Positions 48,940 through 62,532 of a stretch of DNA of 64,000 bases are shown here, in pieces (positions within the stretch are counted from its first letter, which is position 1; every line of letters begins with the position of its first letter). A program made the translations under genes and the position numbers. This DNA comes from Utricularia gibba (taxonomy: Eukaryota > Plantae > Magnoliophyta): assembly GCA_002189035.1 (NCBI GenBank), contig NEEC01000012.1, forward strand, positions 186,001 to 250,000, read 5' to 3'. The notes beneath the pieces were generated by a model that saw only the letters and a list, made by a program, of their open reading frames with translations, ran no database searches and was not told the DNA's origin.

Positions 48940-51900
48940 CGACAATCCAACGCAGTGTTTCTGAAACATCTTGAGTCTTCTCTCGAAATCCATCTACACT
49001 CTCTGCCTGCTCTTCCTTACTCTTGCCCCACAACTTAGCTCTTGAGATTCTTGTACCCAAATATGAGTGCCCCAGAGTTTGATCACCTCGCAAGAATTGG
49101 CATTTCAAGCCTCTTGACACTGTCTTGGGTTTGAATCACAAGGCACATCAACCAAAATTAATGTTGTTCCTAGGGAGTCTATATTTCAGCAGGGTAAACC
49201 TGAAAAGCAAGGGCCCCTACCTCCCTGTACGTTCTGTAAGCAGAAAAACCATCTACCGGCTAATTGCTGGTGGCATCCCGAGACTACCTGGGCCTACTAC
49301 AAGCTATCCGGACACCTGGATAAGGTGTGTCCCTTGAAAAATACCATCAACTGGGTGGAAAAAAGGCTGAGCCTATTGGAAACGTGGCTCACATGATTCA
49401 CAATGTAACTGTCTGTGAGGAATTGAATAAGAAGAACATCGAACTCTACTCTCCATTTCACAATTCTCTTATCACTACCTTTACTGATTTAAGAAAGCAC
49501 GGAACCTGGCTGATTGACGGTGGTTGTAGCCATCATGTAGCTAATGATAGAAGGGTATTCACTTCCTTTACGGCACTGAATGACACAACCATAGGAGTGG
49601 CAAATGGAAGCATGTATCTGTGAGAGGCAGTGGAAGCACATGTATCGAGATAGATCAGAAAATAATAAAAATATCAGACGTTTATTATGTGCAAGAAGTC
49701 TCTCATAATCTCCTCATTCCAGGACAGTTAATAGAAAAGGGATTCAAGATACACTTGGAAAATAGAGAGTGCACTCTTCGTGATACTGATTCAAATATCT
49801 TACTCTCTACTCCCATGGTGAATCGCATGTTTCCATTAGCAGTTTCCGAATCCTCATGCCCTTGAGAAATAAGCCTATCAGCAATAGAAGAATCACTACT
49901 TTGGCATAAAAGGCTGGGACATCACCCATCGATTATGTCCTTGAACAAGAAAAACTTGGCCAAAGGAATCCCTATCATTGATCATGCTTAGGAAAAGTGC
50001 ACTACCTGCTTGATGTGCAAAATGACCAGAAAGTCATTTCCCAAGTCCAGCATCAATGCTTCTGGGACACTCGAAGTGACTACTTCAGTTGTGGGCGGTC
50101 CTATTTCTGTCCCTACACGCAGAGTAAACAACTACTATGTCATCCTTGTCGACGAACACTCCAAATTCACCTGGATATATCATATGAGACAAAATTCAGA
50201 GGTTCTCCAACACTTTAAAGCATTCCGGGCACTAGTGGAAGCACACAACGGCAAGAAAATACTCACGCTTTGCTCGGACAACGGGGGAGAATACAGATAA
50301 TTGGAACTGAAAAATATCTATGACTTCAAAGGTATCATCCATCAGTTCACCGCCCCGTACACTCCGGAAAAAAATGGCATCTGTGAGCACATAAATAGTA
50401 CCATTATGAACATGGCTGAATGATTAATGTATGAGAAGGGCTTACCATTGTGTTTCTGGAGAGAGGCTGTGAACACCGCTGTCTACTTACTTAACTGCCT
50501 ACCCTCGAAAGGCTCCAAAGAAAGAAAATCCCCGTATGTAATATGGCATGCTAAGGTCTCTGATCTATCACATATAAGGGTCTTCGGTTCTCTATGCTAC
50601 ATACATGTTCCAAAAGAAAAACGAGCCAAATTAGACCTGAAATCAGACTTAGGCATTCTTCTAGGATATGGTGAGGCATGCAAGGCTTATAGAGTTCTCA
50701 ACTTACATACAAACCAAGTCGAATTGAGCAGAGACGTAACAGTGGATGAAACCAGAATCTATGACTGGAACAAGTCTTCTTTGGCCATGAAAGACCCAAA
50801 CTACCTCTCTGCAACTTTGAATTTGTTTCCAGATGTTGAGGAGGAAGCACCATCCATGAACCCCGCTGAACATCCAACCGTAGCCTCTCCAGATATAACC
50901 TTGTCTAATACACACTCAAGAGAACTATCTCAGCATGAGCCTCAACACACCTAGCTACGAAGTGGAAACTTAGACACTCGAGCAACCAAGGGAGTTACCT
51001 TTCGAGCCCGACATCATCCTTCCAACTCAGTCCGTCAATGAAAAGAAAGCTCATTCTACCGAAGCCGAAAACTTTGGATGTGATAAAGAAGATGAAGGGA
51101 ACACTCAGATATCTGCTGGATTTGCTCCCAGGATGCTGCGTGAAATCTCTAACTCTGAAAAAATTGCAGATGAAACTGATAAAGAGAAACTTCTATATGA
51201 GATCTATGTCCCACATTTTGCCAGCACCTATCCTAGGGAAAATGAAGACTACCACGAAGATTGAGATCACCCTCTACATGTTAGATATATGCCTATTGCA
51301 GAAATACTAGATAAATGTTTGCTAATCTATGAACCCCTCAGCACTTATGAAGCACTCAAAGACCCGGAATGGAGTAAATCTATGTATGAAGACCTTACAT
51401 CTATTGAGGAGCAAGATGTTTGGGAAGTAGTTGACAAGCCTCAAAGAGCGAAAATTCTTGGCCTAAAATGGATCAGAAAACCCAAGTTGAATCCTAACAA
51501 CACGATAAACAAGTTGAAATCTAGATTGGTGGCCTTAGTATACCTGCAAAAGGCTGGAGTTGACTACGTGGAAACCTTTGCTCCAGTAGCTCGTTTGGAC
51601 ACAATCAAGCTTGTTATTGCTATGGCTGCCAGTCTCAAGTGGAAACTGCACCATCTGGAAATCAAGTGTGCCTTCCTTAATGGCAATCTTTACGAAGATG
51701 TCTATGTATATCCTCCACCTGGTCTTGAGATCAAAGAAGGCAAAGATAAAGTCCTAAAATTAAAAAAGGCGCTTTATGGGCTCAAGCAAGCGCTTAAAGA
51801 GTGTTATGGACAATATATGCCTATTTCATTGAAAATGGATGTGCGTAGCAAAAATGACACTACCCTATGCATATTGGAAAATTCAAAGGGTCGAGTAATA

Positions 51901-52899
51901 ATAATGTTATACGCAGATGACATTCTTATCACGGGAAGCGACCCTGACCTCATTGAAGAACAAAAGAGGAACCTGAAAAGTAGATTAGAACTTGTGGATT
52001 TCGGACTGGTGTGCTATTTCTTGGGTATGGAAATAGTGCAAAGGGATGTATATATCTTTTTGAATCAAAGAAAATACACTGAAGACTTGATTAACTGTTT
52101 TGGCCTACAACTGCTAGAGAAAGCTTAACACCGATCTCTCCTGAACTTAAACAGAATTTGAAGAAATCAGACATCACCTGGACAAACCCTCACGCCTTCC
52201 AAACGATTGTAGGTGCCCTAATGTATCTCGCGGCGACTCAACCTGATATCACATTCATCGTACCATTCCTTTCCAGGTTTATGCACAATCCACACATAGT
52301 GCACTTAGGAATCACTAGGAAAATAATATGTTGCTTAAAGAGTACTCTGAATTTCGGTTTACGCTTCAAGAAGGGTACTAACGCTAACCTGCAAGGATTT
52401 GTGGACTCCGACTTCACTGGAGATGAAATTGATTGCCGCTCTACGACAGGCTACCTATTTAATCTTGGTTCTGCTATGTTCTCATGGAACAGTAGAAAAC
52501 AGGACACGGTTGCAAAGTCCTCTGCTGAAGCTGAGTATGTGGCTGCAGCATCTGTAGCAAACCACGCACAATGGATCATCAAACTGTGCGAAGACTTAAA
52601 GATGAATATCATCAAACCCATTGTACTCAAAATTGACAACAAGTCAGCAATCAGTATTGCTCAGAACCCGGTAATGTTTGGAAGAACGAAGCATGCCAAA
52701 ATAAAATACCATGTTCTCAGAGATTACATCAAGCAAGGCTCAATTCAGCTTGAATACATACCTTCGAAGGGGCAAGCAGTAGACATCTTGACCAAAAGCT
52801 TATTTTCCAAAAATTTCCATCGAATCTGGAGCATGTTGTGGTTGCGACAGAATCATGTTGAAACCAAAACGAGGTTCAAATTCCTTCATCAAGGAGGAA

Positions 52900-53420
52900 T
52901 TTTGACAACTGATGAAGAAATAGACTCCGCTTCGAATCCACAGGAAGAGGAATTGCTTGAAGACGAAGAATAGAAGATGCAAACACGAGATTCTCATACT
53001 CCAACCAAGGGGAAGAACGAGGACTGTGCTTGGATTAGTCTACTGGTACTTGGCTCATGCTAGTTCAAGTCTCTCAGCAAGAGGCCCATCCAAGTTGAAG
53101 GCCCAACTCAAGAAGACTGGCCCAAGTGTGTGGAAAGCAAACAGAAGAACAGAGATTGCGTGTGACAGTCGACGTGAAATGAGGAGTTCAAGATCTACAT
53201 AAATGTTGAGCTCCTCCAAGGCAACGGTCATCTTCCAACGGATGGAAATATGAAACTATTTATAGATCAACTGCTAGAAGATTAAAAAAGGCTAGTTAAT
53301 CAGTCTTCTACATCCAGAAATGGTCTCTCTGTGTGAAGACTTGAAGCTTTGTATACACAAATCTCTACACCTTCCTCTTTCCAACATTTTGATTCCACCA
53401 ACTTTCTGTTTTCACTAACA
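52900..53420 (+). repeat. 3' LTR (521 bp)
   Basis: Follows the PPT; about 38 substitutions and 1 indel against the 5' LTR by manual count. Confidence 0.95.
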
Positions 53421-53640
53421 TAACCAAGTTAAGTTTCCAGTCTTTCCTTTTAGTCTTACTGAACCTAGCATTGAATGGTTTTATGGGCTTTCACCATCTT
53501 CTATCACTAGATGAGAATAGATTATTCAAAAGTTTTTGGATCGTTATTCTCTTGTAAGAAGAGCTTGAGCTAGAAACATAGCCGTGATGACAATGAGACA
53601 AAGTGTAGAAGAAAATTTATAGGAGTATTACAGTCATCTA
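53421..53640 (+). mobile_element. Gypsy (retrotrans_gag) remnant, right part
   Basis: VKFPVFPFSLTEPSIEWFYGLSPSSITR*E*IIQKFLDRY, then MRQSVEENL*EYY: the canonical FPFSL...WF..L...SI.SW..L...FL and RQ...E.L.EY motifs. Confidence 0.75.
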
Positions 53641-56600
53641 TGTATGTTTCAAATTGGAGACTTGGACCTAGAGAGTATTCTCACCTCAAAACAGGGTGAG
53701 AAATCCACAAAGGAAGTGGAAAATATCCTATCCTGTCAACAAAATTGTTCATGCTGGTGCATACCACTTTGAGAACTTTGATGAAAACCCTCATACTCAG
53801 ATCATGGAATGCAATTCACTTTTACCCTTATTGTATATAGCCTCTTTTAGCTATTAACCTTTCTTCCTTGCACATATTTTTAATGTAGTTACAAAGAAAA
53901 CATCGAGCACTTGGATCACAACAACCTTGCTCCACATGCATTTAAAGCTATCTTCAAGTGCACCTAAAGGTGCTCTTTGGGGTAATTCAAAGCCACCTCC
54001 AAGGCTATCATCAAAATAGAACCATCTCTGGTGCATCGATGACCGAACTCCAGGTGAATCTAAAGTTAACGCCATGCAAATCTTCAAGCGACATCCAGAG
54101 CACACCTAAAGTTCAAAGTGAATCTTCAAACCATCATTGACTCTAGGTACATATCAATGACACCTTTGGGTGCATTTTCAAGAAAAAGCCTCCCCTCAGA
54201 AAATATCAAAGTCTTCTTCTAGCACATTTTTAAGACAAAGCCACTTTCAAGTACACCTAAAGCCGCCTACGAGAACATCTTTAAAATACAGCACACTAAA
54301 AACAACTCCAGAGGGCTATGCAATCGCCAAAAGACACCATCATGTGCTATCATAGTAAATCCTTTGTTTAGTGAACCCAAATAGATTCATGAGGTAAAAA
54401 AATGAATACACAACTTAATAAATCCAATTTAAAGGTACACCAGAAAGAAGGGTTGTGCATAAACTTATTCATATATAACACACAAAAAGTTAGACCTACT
54501 TGTATAGTGATCTAGGATACGTAGAAAACTTGAAACTGAAAATGCAAGAAGATAGCCTAGGTAGCTCATCGAGAGAGTAAAGGCCACTATTTGAGTGAGC
54601 ATCTATCTCTTATAATACGGAGTCATCTCATTCTATTTTTTAAATTAAAATTAGAACTATGTTATCTTTTTACTTTTATCCTGACAATTTCTATTTATGC
54701 TCCATTAGTTTTCAGACTATTTCCTTGAATTTCGACTCCAAAATACTAAACATTTTATTTGGATTTGTAAATTCTTTGTATTAAGACCTTATAAAATTTA
54801 TTTGATACAAAAAATTTTACTTTTCACAATCATGTAAAAGCTTTTGTTTATCATTTGCAGTGGTATGTTAGGTATTTTTCATTTGTTAAGTTATTCTCAG
54901 AGTCGCCTAAAGCCTCCAAAATTTAATGATGTAAGTTCTTTATTTAACACTTCAATTACATTGGTTAAAAGTGACATTTGATTAAACTGCATTTCAAAAT
55001 TCAATGGTAAAAAGCAATTACTCCACATCATCTTCCCTTCACTTATGGTGACCGTAAAGGTGTTAATGCCACAAATAGAGTTCTTAATTTTGATTTTAAA
55101 TGTATTGGTCAGATAACTCAAAGAGCTATTTATACAAACATACACTCTAATAAAAAGCAAAGGTTGAAATCTTTCTTGGAACATATTTGTTTGACATTAG
55201 ATGTTTAGACCATTGTTGTTATTCAAAAAATTTTAAATAATCAATGTCTACTAATACAATATAATTTTTTTTGGCATGTATATATTTGATATGATATATC
55301 TAATATAAGATAGTTGAATTATTAAATTAATTTTTATATTACATACTAATTTAATATTTTTTATACAATATTTTATTATATTAAATCATAATTTCGTATT
55401 GGAATTATTCAAAACATGAATGATAAATATTTTTAATTTTAATTAATTAGAAAATTTTAAATCAATTTTTAATGTTTGCATTTTAATTATACGAAATTCA
55501 GTAGTATTTTTAAATAACTTAACAATTTTTAATGGTATTTTATGTGTAAAATTATTTACAGTTATTTTAAAATACTATCTTAATAACTAAAAATATCTTT
55601 AACCTCTTGATTGCTAAAGTATTTAAAACGCTACTATAATACAAATAAAATTCACCTCTTACCGTTACTTTCCTAATTTTCTCTTGCTTCATAATGCATT
55701 TTGAGTAAATATATAAGTATGTTCATTCATGATGTGGTGCAATGTCTTATTTATATATCTAATTGAATGAATGAATTCTGGGTATTCAAAGCTGCAGATA
55801 ATCATTTATTAAAAATATTTATTTTATTAAAGTTTATATTAAATTTAATAATATATTTTTATTTTAATTTTTTATTAAAACAGATAAAAGTGAAGGAATG
55901 AAAGAAATACACGTATACATATAAGATTCATACAATGTTTACTATAAAAATTTTATATTATAATTATTTTTTTATTTTTGAAAAATTGTAATTCATTTTG
56001 GATGCACCATATTATCTTTTGCATAAATAATGAGAGTTCATATAAGTTAGATAGTGATATTAAGTTAGTTTATACTCATTATTTATTGAACCTTAATTTT
56101 TATAATTTTATAAAAAATAATATAAAAATCTAGATCCTAACCCGAAATTTGGTGAGCACTTTAGATTAGGGTTGATCTAAGTTGACCTAATACAACTTTC
56201 ATCTCAAGCTGGTCGTAACATATGGACAGGAACATGCAAAAAAATTATAATTATTATTATCAATAAGGGGAACAAGCATAAATAATTGGGTTATAAAGTG
56301 GGATGAGCCTAGTAATCCAATAAGCTTATGATCTACGTAGACTCCTGTTGAGCAAAACAAGTAAAACAGGTCCGACAAATAGGAAAAACAAAATCCAGTT
56401 AAATGAGAAAATTTACCTTTTGAGATATTGGTACCATATCTTCGACCATATATTCTCAAGGATTTGTAAATCTGGGACACTAAATATTTACACTATATTC
56501 AAGAAAAAAGAGGTGTCCACAAAGTCAAGAAATAACTAGATGCTTTTCAAGTTTATTTCAATTTTTTGTTGTTGTTGTACATGTTATTATGCTAGACATA

Positions 56601-58406
56601 ATAGACTATCTATTGTGGAATAAAGTAGTTCTACCTTGGCTTATACCTCTTTGACTCTAAGCTACTCTACTCTCTTCATGCTTGGAAGCTTCAAGTTGAG
56701 TAGTTGAATAGACAGTTTCCCACAACTTGGAAGCTTAGAGATATAATAAGGTTTCATCTGGATAGCAGCTCAGGTTGCTTAGTCCTCTGAATGGCATTGG
56801 AGTAGCATCCATATTCAGACGAAGCCCGATACCAATCTCTGGTTGTAACGAAGTGGATCAAGGAAGAGGAAATGTGCACCTTCTTGACAACAGACTTTGA
56901 CAACGATTCACTCACTACATCTATAAAAATGCCAGTAAATAAAGACACAATAAAAGTAACACTTCTTCGAAAGAGTTGATGTAGATAACTTCAAGTTTCC
57001 AATGTCAAAATGATGGCTGATTTCTAAGAAGTCCACATAAGTCATCATCGACACACAACCAAGTCTTGAAGCAGGGGATCTAAGTGCCGACTGGAAAAAA
57101 AAAAAGAAGATGTTTGTAAAATAAAAATGTAGTAATTAATATGCAAGAGCAATAACAGTCCAATTTGCGCGATATCTTTTAAATACTAATAATAAATACC
57201 TGGAAAACAAGGCAGGTATGATGGGCCCACGAGACAGACAGACAATGCAGCCATTAAAATTAAGGTTTCAATTTTTCATGCGCATTTTTAGAATGGCCCA
57301 CCAAGTTTGACTCATTAGCTTCCATAAAACAAGCATGTCATGTAAAAAAAAGAAAAAAAATCTAGATGACAATCTTAGGTGGTTGGCTGTGCCTTCAGAA
57401 TCATCAGTTGGTCTCTTAGTTAGTAACTAGTCCTTGAACATTTAATTCAAACTGTAATAATGTACTTGTATAATTTGTGTGATATATATGATATGTATTT
57501 ATTCAAATATATTATTAATTATTTGAAATATATGTATTTCAAATACTTTAAGGAAGGGGTTATTCAATATGATAATCTATTGTATATCCTTAAAATATGG
57601 GTTGAACCTCAAGGGCTTATTAAATTTCATAAATTCTGAGTTCTTTTTTTTATTATTATTTTCTAATGCATTTTATTCACGTGCACATTAAAACCAATCT
57701 CACACTCCAAAATAAAGTGAAATACCTCAATTTTGATATAGGCCGGCAGCACCTATTCGCCTTTTTGTATTCGATTTCATGCAAACCCATCAATAGTTCT
57801 TATAATAATCAATGTTCTAAATTATCAAAATTCGAACATGTCATATGCTGAAACATGGCAACTCCAAGTCGATTTTGGTTTCCAGACCGCTGCTCCGGTC
57901 TACATCGGCAGCACGAGGATAGGATAGTGCATTGATAAAAAGGGGCGATGAAGAATGAAGAGGCGATGGGGGTTTGGTTGGGGCTCACCCTATCTTAACC
58001 TAAAACTTGGTCACCCTATGCGGCTGTTGCATTGCTGAGATTTCTCCTTTTCTTGCTTTTATGGTATAATAATCAATACAAGGCAGGTACGCTACTTCCA
58101 TGATAAATGTTCCAAAGTGTTGCTCGACTTCGGTGTCCCTCCTAATTCATTCACGCCTACGCGTCGTAAACTGGCTTCGGTGTGATCCATGATCAGAAGA
58201 AAGACGAGAACTTGCTTTATGCTGATGCAGTGTGCAATGTTTTCTTTTTGATAATGCAAAAGGATGAGCGATTACATCCCTTTTTTGAAAAAGTAGTTGC
58301 GTTTCTCTTCCTTCTCAAGAATTGGTAATTAGGATTGGAAGACAGACAAAGAATCATTAGAAGCATAACAATCCCGCGACATTCATTTCATTTCACTCGC
58401 TACATC

Positions 58407-59419
58407 TCAAGATCTGGGTGGCGGGAAGAAGTGTGTGCCGGCCATGAAAGCATTCAACGGCGTAGGGTAGAACGGAGGTTCGAGGATCCCGGCTGAGGAT
58501 GGAGGCGCCGCTGCGGGGACAATGAGGTGCTGGCCGCTGGAGGTCCCGGCATGGTGGCGTCCGTCCAGGCCTTGATCATATAAAATCCCTTTGAAAATAT
58601 GGCCGCCGATCGTGACCGCCGTCTGATAAGCCGTTTGCTCCTCCGTGTTGTCCATGGAGGTCACCCTCACACACCGGAAAATCGCCTGAGAGCTCACTTC
58701 AGCTGGAAACGTACCCAACTCAAACCCTAGTCGTTATTGTCACAAAAAAAAACAGTAAATGCCGACAGAAAACATAGGAAGCGGCTTTGTTGTTAGCAAT
58801 TTTTTCGTATAAATTATAACATAAACCGTGCAGTTACAATAAAATTACCTCCTTCAATAACAAACAAACCACGCACTAATCCGAAGAGATTGAATTTTAC
58901 TGAAAACAATATTAGATTAAGAATTCGAATTCTGAAAAATATTGTAAAGGAAAAACCTGATGCCGGGTTGGTGGCGCAGGCAAGCGAACCGCCACCGTCG
59001 CCGGTTTCCCTCAATCGCTTGGTACTCTCTCCTCTGACAACCATTCCCTGCTGGCGCTCGCGGCGTTTCGCCGCCGGAACCCACGTGCTCTTCACGTGAG
59101 TCGCGCACTCGAAGCCTCGGCTCTTACAACATGTTCTGCATCTGAAATGGACGCAATCTTTCTTGGCCTGATTCCCACAGTCCTGACAGTTCATCCCTTC
59201 GTTTCTCAAAACCCTAAACCCTGATCTGAACCCCAAATCATTATTGTCATCCAAGCTATACGGATTCTGACTCTGGGGTCTTTGCTGCTGCTGCTGATAA
59301 CACTGCTGCCATAAATCCAAGCCTTTTCTATAGATCTCTTCTTCGTTCTTCAGCAGTAGCTGGTAATTCTGAGCTTGCTGCTGCTGCTTGTTATGATCTA
59401 AAGAGAAGAAAGTTGACAT
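58407..59419 (-). CDS. SHI/STY-family (SRS/LRP1) RING-like zinc-finger transcription factor; exons 59419-58957, 58726-58407; 260 aa
   Basis: [75 protein letters not shown] (IXGH domain). Confidence 0.95.
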
Positions 59420-60452
59420 GTTTCTGCGGTGTGTGGAGCCTCAATTTCTGGGAAAAAATCCATGGAGAGAAAAATGAGGTTTTCCTGAGACCCTATCCTA
59501 TAAAAACATGGGTGTGGGCTGAGTTGTAAATAGCACAAACATGTGATCCTTATTTCCGGGGTTATGATGAAAATATTGAAAATCGGAAAACAAGAGATGA
59601 TGTCTAATTCTGGGTGGTAGTGAAAATACTGAAAATTGGAAAAAGATGTCATCTTTATTTCTGGGTTATGATGCAAATATAGAAACTTGGAGCAAGATTT
59701 GATCTTTAATTCTTGGGTTTTTTTTTTATTTGTTGTTGCGATTTGGGGTGTTGTGCAGACTGGAAAAGAACAGTGTGTTTGTTCCTATTTGTGATTATTT
59801 GGGGCTTTTGTTTCTCTGCAAAAGCTTCAGCCTTTTTTCCCTGTCTCTGAAACTTAATTTAAGGAATGCTTTAGGGTAGAACTCATAAGTCCAGTCCACT
59901 GTGTTCCTACTTACTGCTTCATTCTTTAAGTTATTTGATAGAACATCCAAGGAAAAATAGGCTCCGAAAATATAGTTCACTCGGGAATGAGTATTTGTTA
60001 AACACTTCAAATTTTATTTTTGTGTATTTTTAGTGAGTTCAGTACGGACGAATCCCGCCAAATTCCAGATCCTCAAATGGGAGGAACGAGGTGTGGTTAT
60101 TCTTCCCAAGTATCAGTCTTATCACACAAGAGCGTTGTTAATTTTCTTAACACTCAGCAGGTTTGAAAGGCATTCAACGTTGCAGCCCAATGTGTTTTGA
60201 ATCCCATTGCCATGAGCAATGCAACTCTCAGCATACGACAGTACTTCGACGGATATCTAGTGCAGATCATCAAACCCCAACTGTTGTTTACGACAGTAAA
60301 TGGCCAGTGTAAAAAGGGATTATGCTCTCAACTCTCATTTGCTCTGTCGAGGGGAACGCAAATCTGTGAGCAAGTGTGTCTGGAACACAGACGCTGATGG
60401 AGTAGATTGAATTTTTATATTTTGTGTCATTTTAGTGCATTAAATTCACAGC

Positions 60453-60468
60453 CTGCTACCGCCGCCAT
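60453..60468 (-). promoter_or_regulatory. GCC-box element upstream of the SHI/STY gene
   Basis: Minus strand ATGGCGGCGGTAGCAG about 1.04 kb upstream of the ATG. A conserved GCC-box element is known in SHI/STY promoters. Confidence 0.5.
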
Positions 60469-61194
60469 CGACTCCTGCAACAACTCCTCTGCAACCTCAA
60501 TTTAATAACGCAAACCCCACCACACTCCCTCCTTCATTTTCCCCGCGCTCGTCGCACAGGCTCATCAATCAAGAACAACTAGAATTTTCTTTTTTTTTGT
60601 TTGTTTTTCCAACATGGGCCCTCATCTCCGTCTCCAAATCGACGGCCCACGCTTCGTCACGTGGCGCCGATGGGCGGTGGCGGGGGTCATCTTTTCACCG
60701 GAAAACACGCCCTACTTTTTTCCCTATCTTCCTCAGTCGTCGTTCTGCGTTCTGACACTTGCTTGTTTTGTGCTTGAAATAAATAATTGCTGTCTGTCTG
60801 GTTGAATTCCTTTTTTTTTACAGAAAACATTTTTATCATTAATTTCGATGATTAATTAACTAGTTAATAACATTTTAGGCGAATTGGGAAAGCTTGGGGC
60901 CCTCTCCTCCAACCAGAAATCCACTTGAGCACCCCGTAAAGCCTAACCCCCCATAAGCAGGGGAGTGTCTCTTATTCTTGTTGAGTAATAAAAAAATGAA
61001 ACAGTATTCTGTTGAATAGTGTGTCATAAATGTGCATTTGGTGTTTTAGGGGCTCGAGGTTCATCCTGTTCCACTGTTGGACAGACACTTGTTTCTTCCT
61101 TTCCCAGTCCACTGACTCGTGTTCTCAACTGTACGCATTGCCGCATTATGAAGCCATCACGATCATCGCTGCCGCTTCTTCATTTATCCCCGGA

Positions 61195-61239
61195 ACTTGG
61201 ACTTGGACTTGGACTTGGTATGCAATGCAATGCAATGCA
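61195..61239. repeat. Abutting (ACTTGG)4 and (ATGCA)4 microsatellites
   Basis: Read directly. Confidence 0.9.
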
Positions 61240-62532
61240 TGCTGCTGTACGAACGCGAGCGATCCTCCCGCAGTGCAGGGCCAGGCCAGACCACCGAAGC
61301 AGCTTGGAGGGCATCCCTGTAACTTCACCCTTCCGGGCCTTCACGCCACTCTCGGCCCAGAATACAAATTGTTCGTTCGATGGCCCAGATTGTTGATTGC
61401 TTTTAGAAACGCGCGTGTGATGTCAAATTGTCATCCACACACCTGATGTGATGACGCCTGTTCCTGTACAGTAGTTCCCCGCCCACCCAGCGAGACACAA
61501 ACACAGACAGACAGACCGGTCTCTTCGAGCCCCCAAAGAGCCGCTTTGCGCAAGTCAAACCAGCGGTTTAAAAAAACCAAGAGTCACGCTCGGGCTTCCC
61601 AGGAGGGAAGACGCGTGTAATCGGTGGGTGATTTTACAAATTTCCAGAATATTTCCTTCTCGAGAAAAACTGAAATCCAAAACAGATAAATTTAACACAA
61701 CGATTTTATGTTGAAATCCAAGATTAAGTATGTTGATAAATTGTGAATTGATTGAGTCTGATATAATTTATATTTATTGTATATTTAAATTTCATGTGGT
61801 CCGATCCCATCAAATCTTTGAATTCCACAAAATGTCGGTAATGTCAAATGCAAGCTGATTATCAGCAACCCAGTTCCCTTTATGAGTAGTGCAGCCACAT
61901 CCAGCCTCTGGCAGAGGTAGCGCCCGAGGAGACTCCATTTGATGAAGAGGGTCATCAGATCAGATCCCCATCTGGGTGTCCACAGAACTGCCCCTGGCCC
62001 TGCCCTGCCCTCCTCAGAAGTGAAGGGATCACTATGCAAACTCATTATTTTATTCTTCCTCTGGAAATGATCGCCAAACGCGAATTACGTGTTTATCTTT
62101 AATTATTCCGGAAGCCCCGCAGCACTTCTGGGAGTGGAGCAACCGGTACGCCTGCTTGGACCGAGACCCAGTAATGGAATGCAATGGAATGGACTGGAAT
62201 ATGCCTGCCCTCAGCAACACAGACGCAATACAAAATGCCCTCCGCCTCTTTTCAAAAAAACGTGCTTCGAATACGCTGTTGGCACAAGTCGTTCTTTATT
62301 CGCCAGCCCATGCATTTCATTCATCTCCTTATTCCTATTTACCTCCATAGTCGTTTTCAGATAAATACATCAAATATATTTTTTTCTTGTAAGAAAATCA
62401 TTTCAAAATTTCAATATCACACGGTTGTAAGTGTAAGATGACGGCGCCTTCCTTTGAAAGGCACTATAAAAAGGCGACCCACCTCTCCCCATTTCTTTGA
62501 TTATCCAACTTTACCTTTTCTACTTCTCCGCC

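Larger units (their letters stand above)
48400..53420 (+). mobile_element. Full-length-bounded Ty1/copia element (5021 bp) with two LTRs, Trp-type PBS, gag deletion and decayed pol
   Basis: LTRs 48400-48921 and 52900-53420; flanks GAACC/TAACC (4/5 TSD); PPT AAGGAGGAA; double zinc knuckle, WLIDGGCSHH, LWHKRLGH, LCSDNGGEY, RVFGSLCY, LGLKW, YADDILITG, GFVDSDF, TKH, VDILTK. Confidence 0.95.

Noticed and set aside
52900-52973. RNase H ORF reading into the 3' LTR to give an acidic tail (DEEIDS...LLEDEE)
   Set aside because: Pol is broken upstream by stops and frameshifts, so the read-through is most likely a lost stop codon.
56190-57100. Short ORFs and exon-like fragments
   Set aside because: No family motif recognised and no coherent splice pattern.
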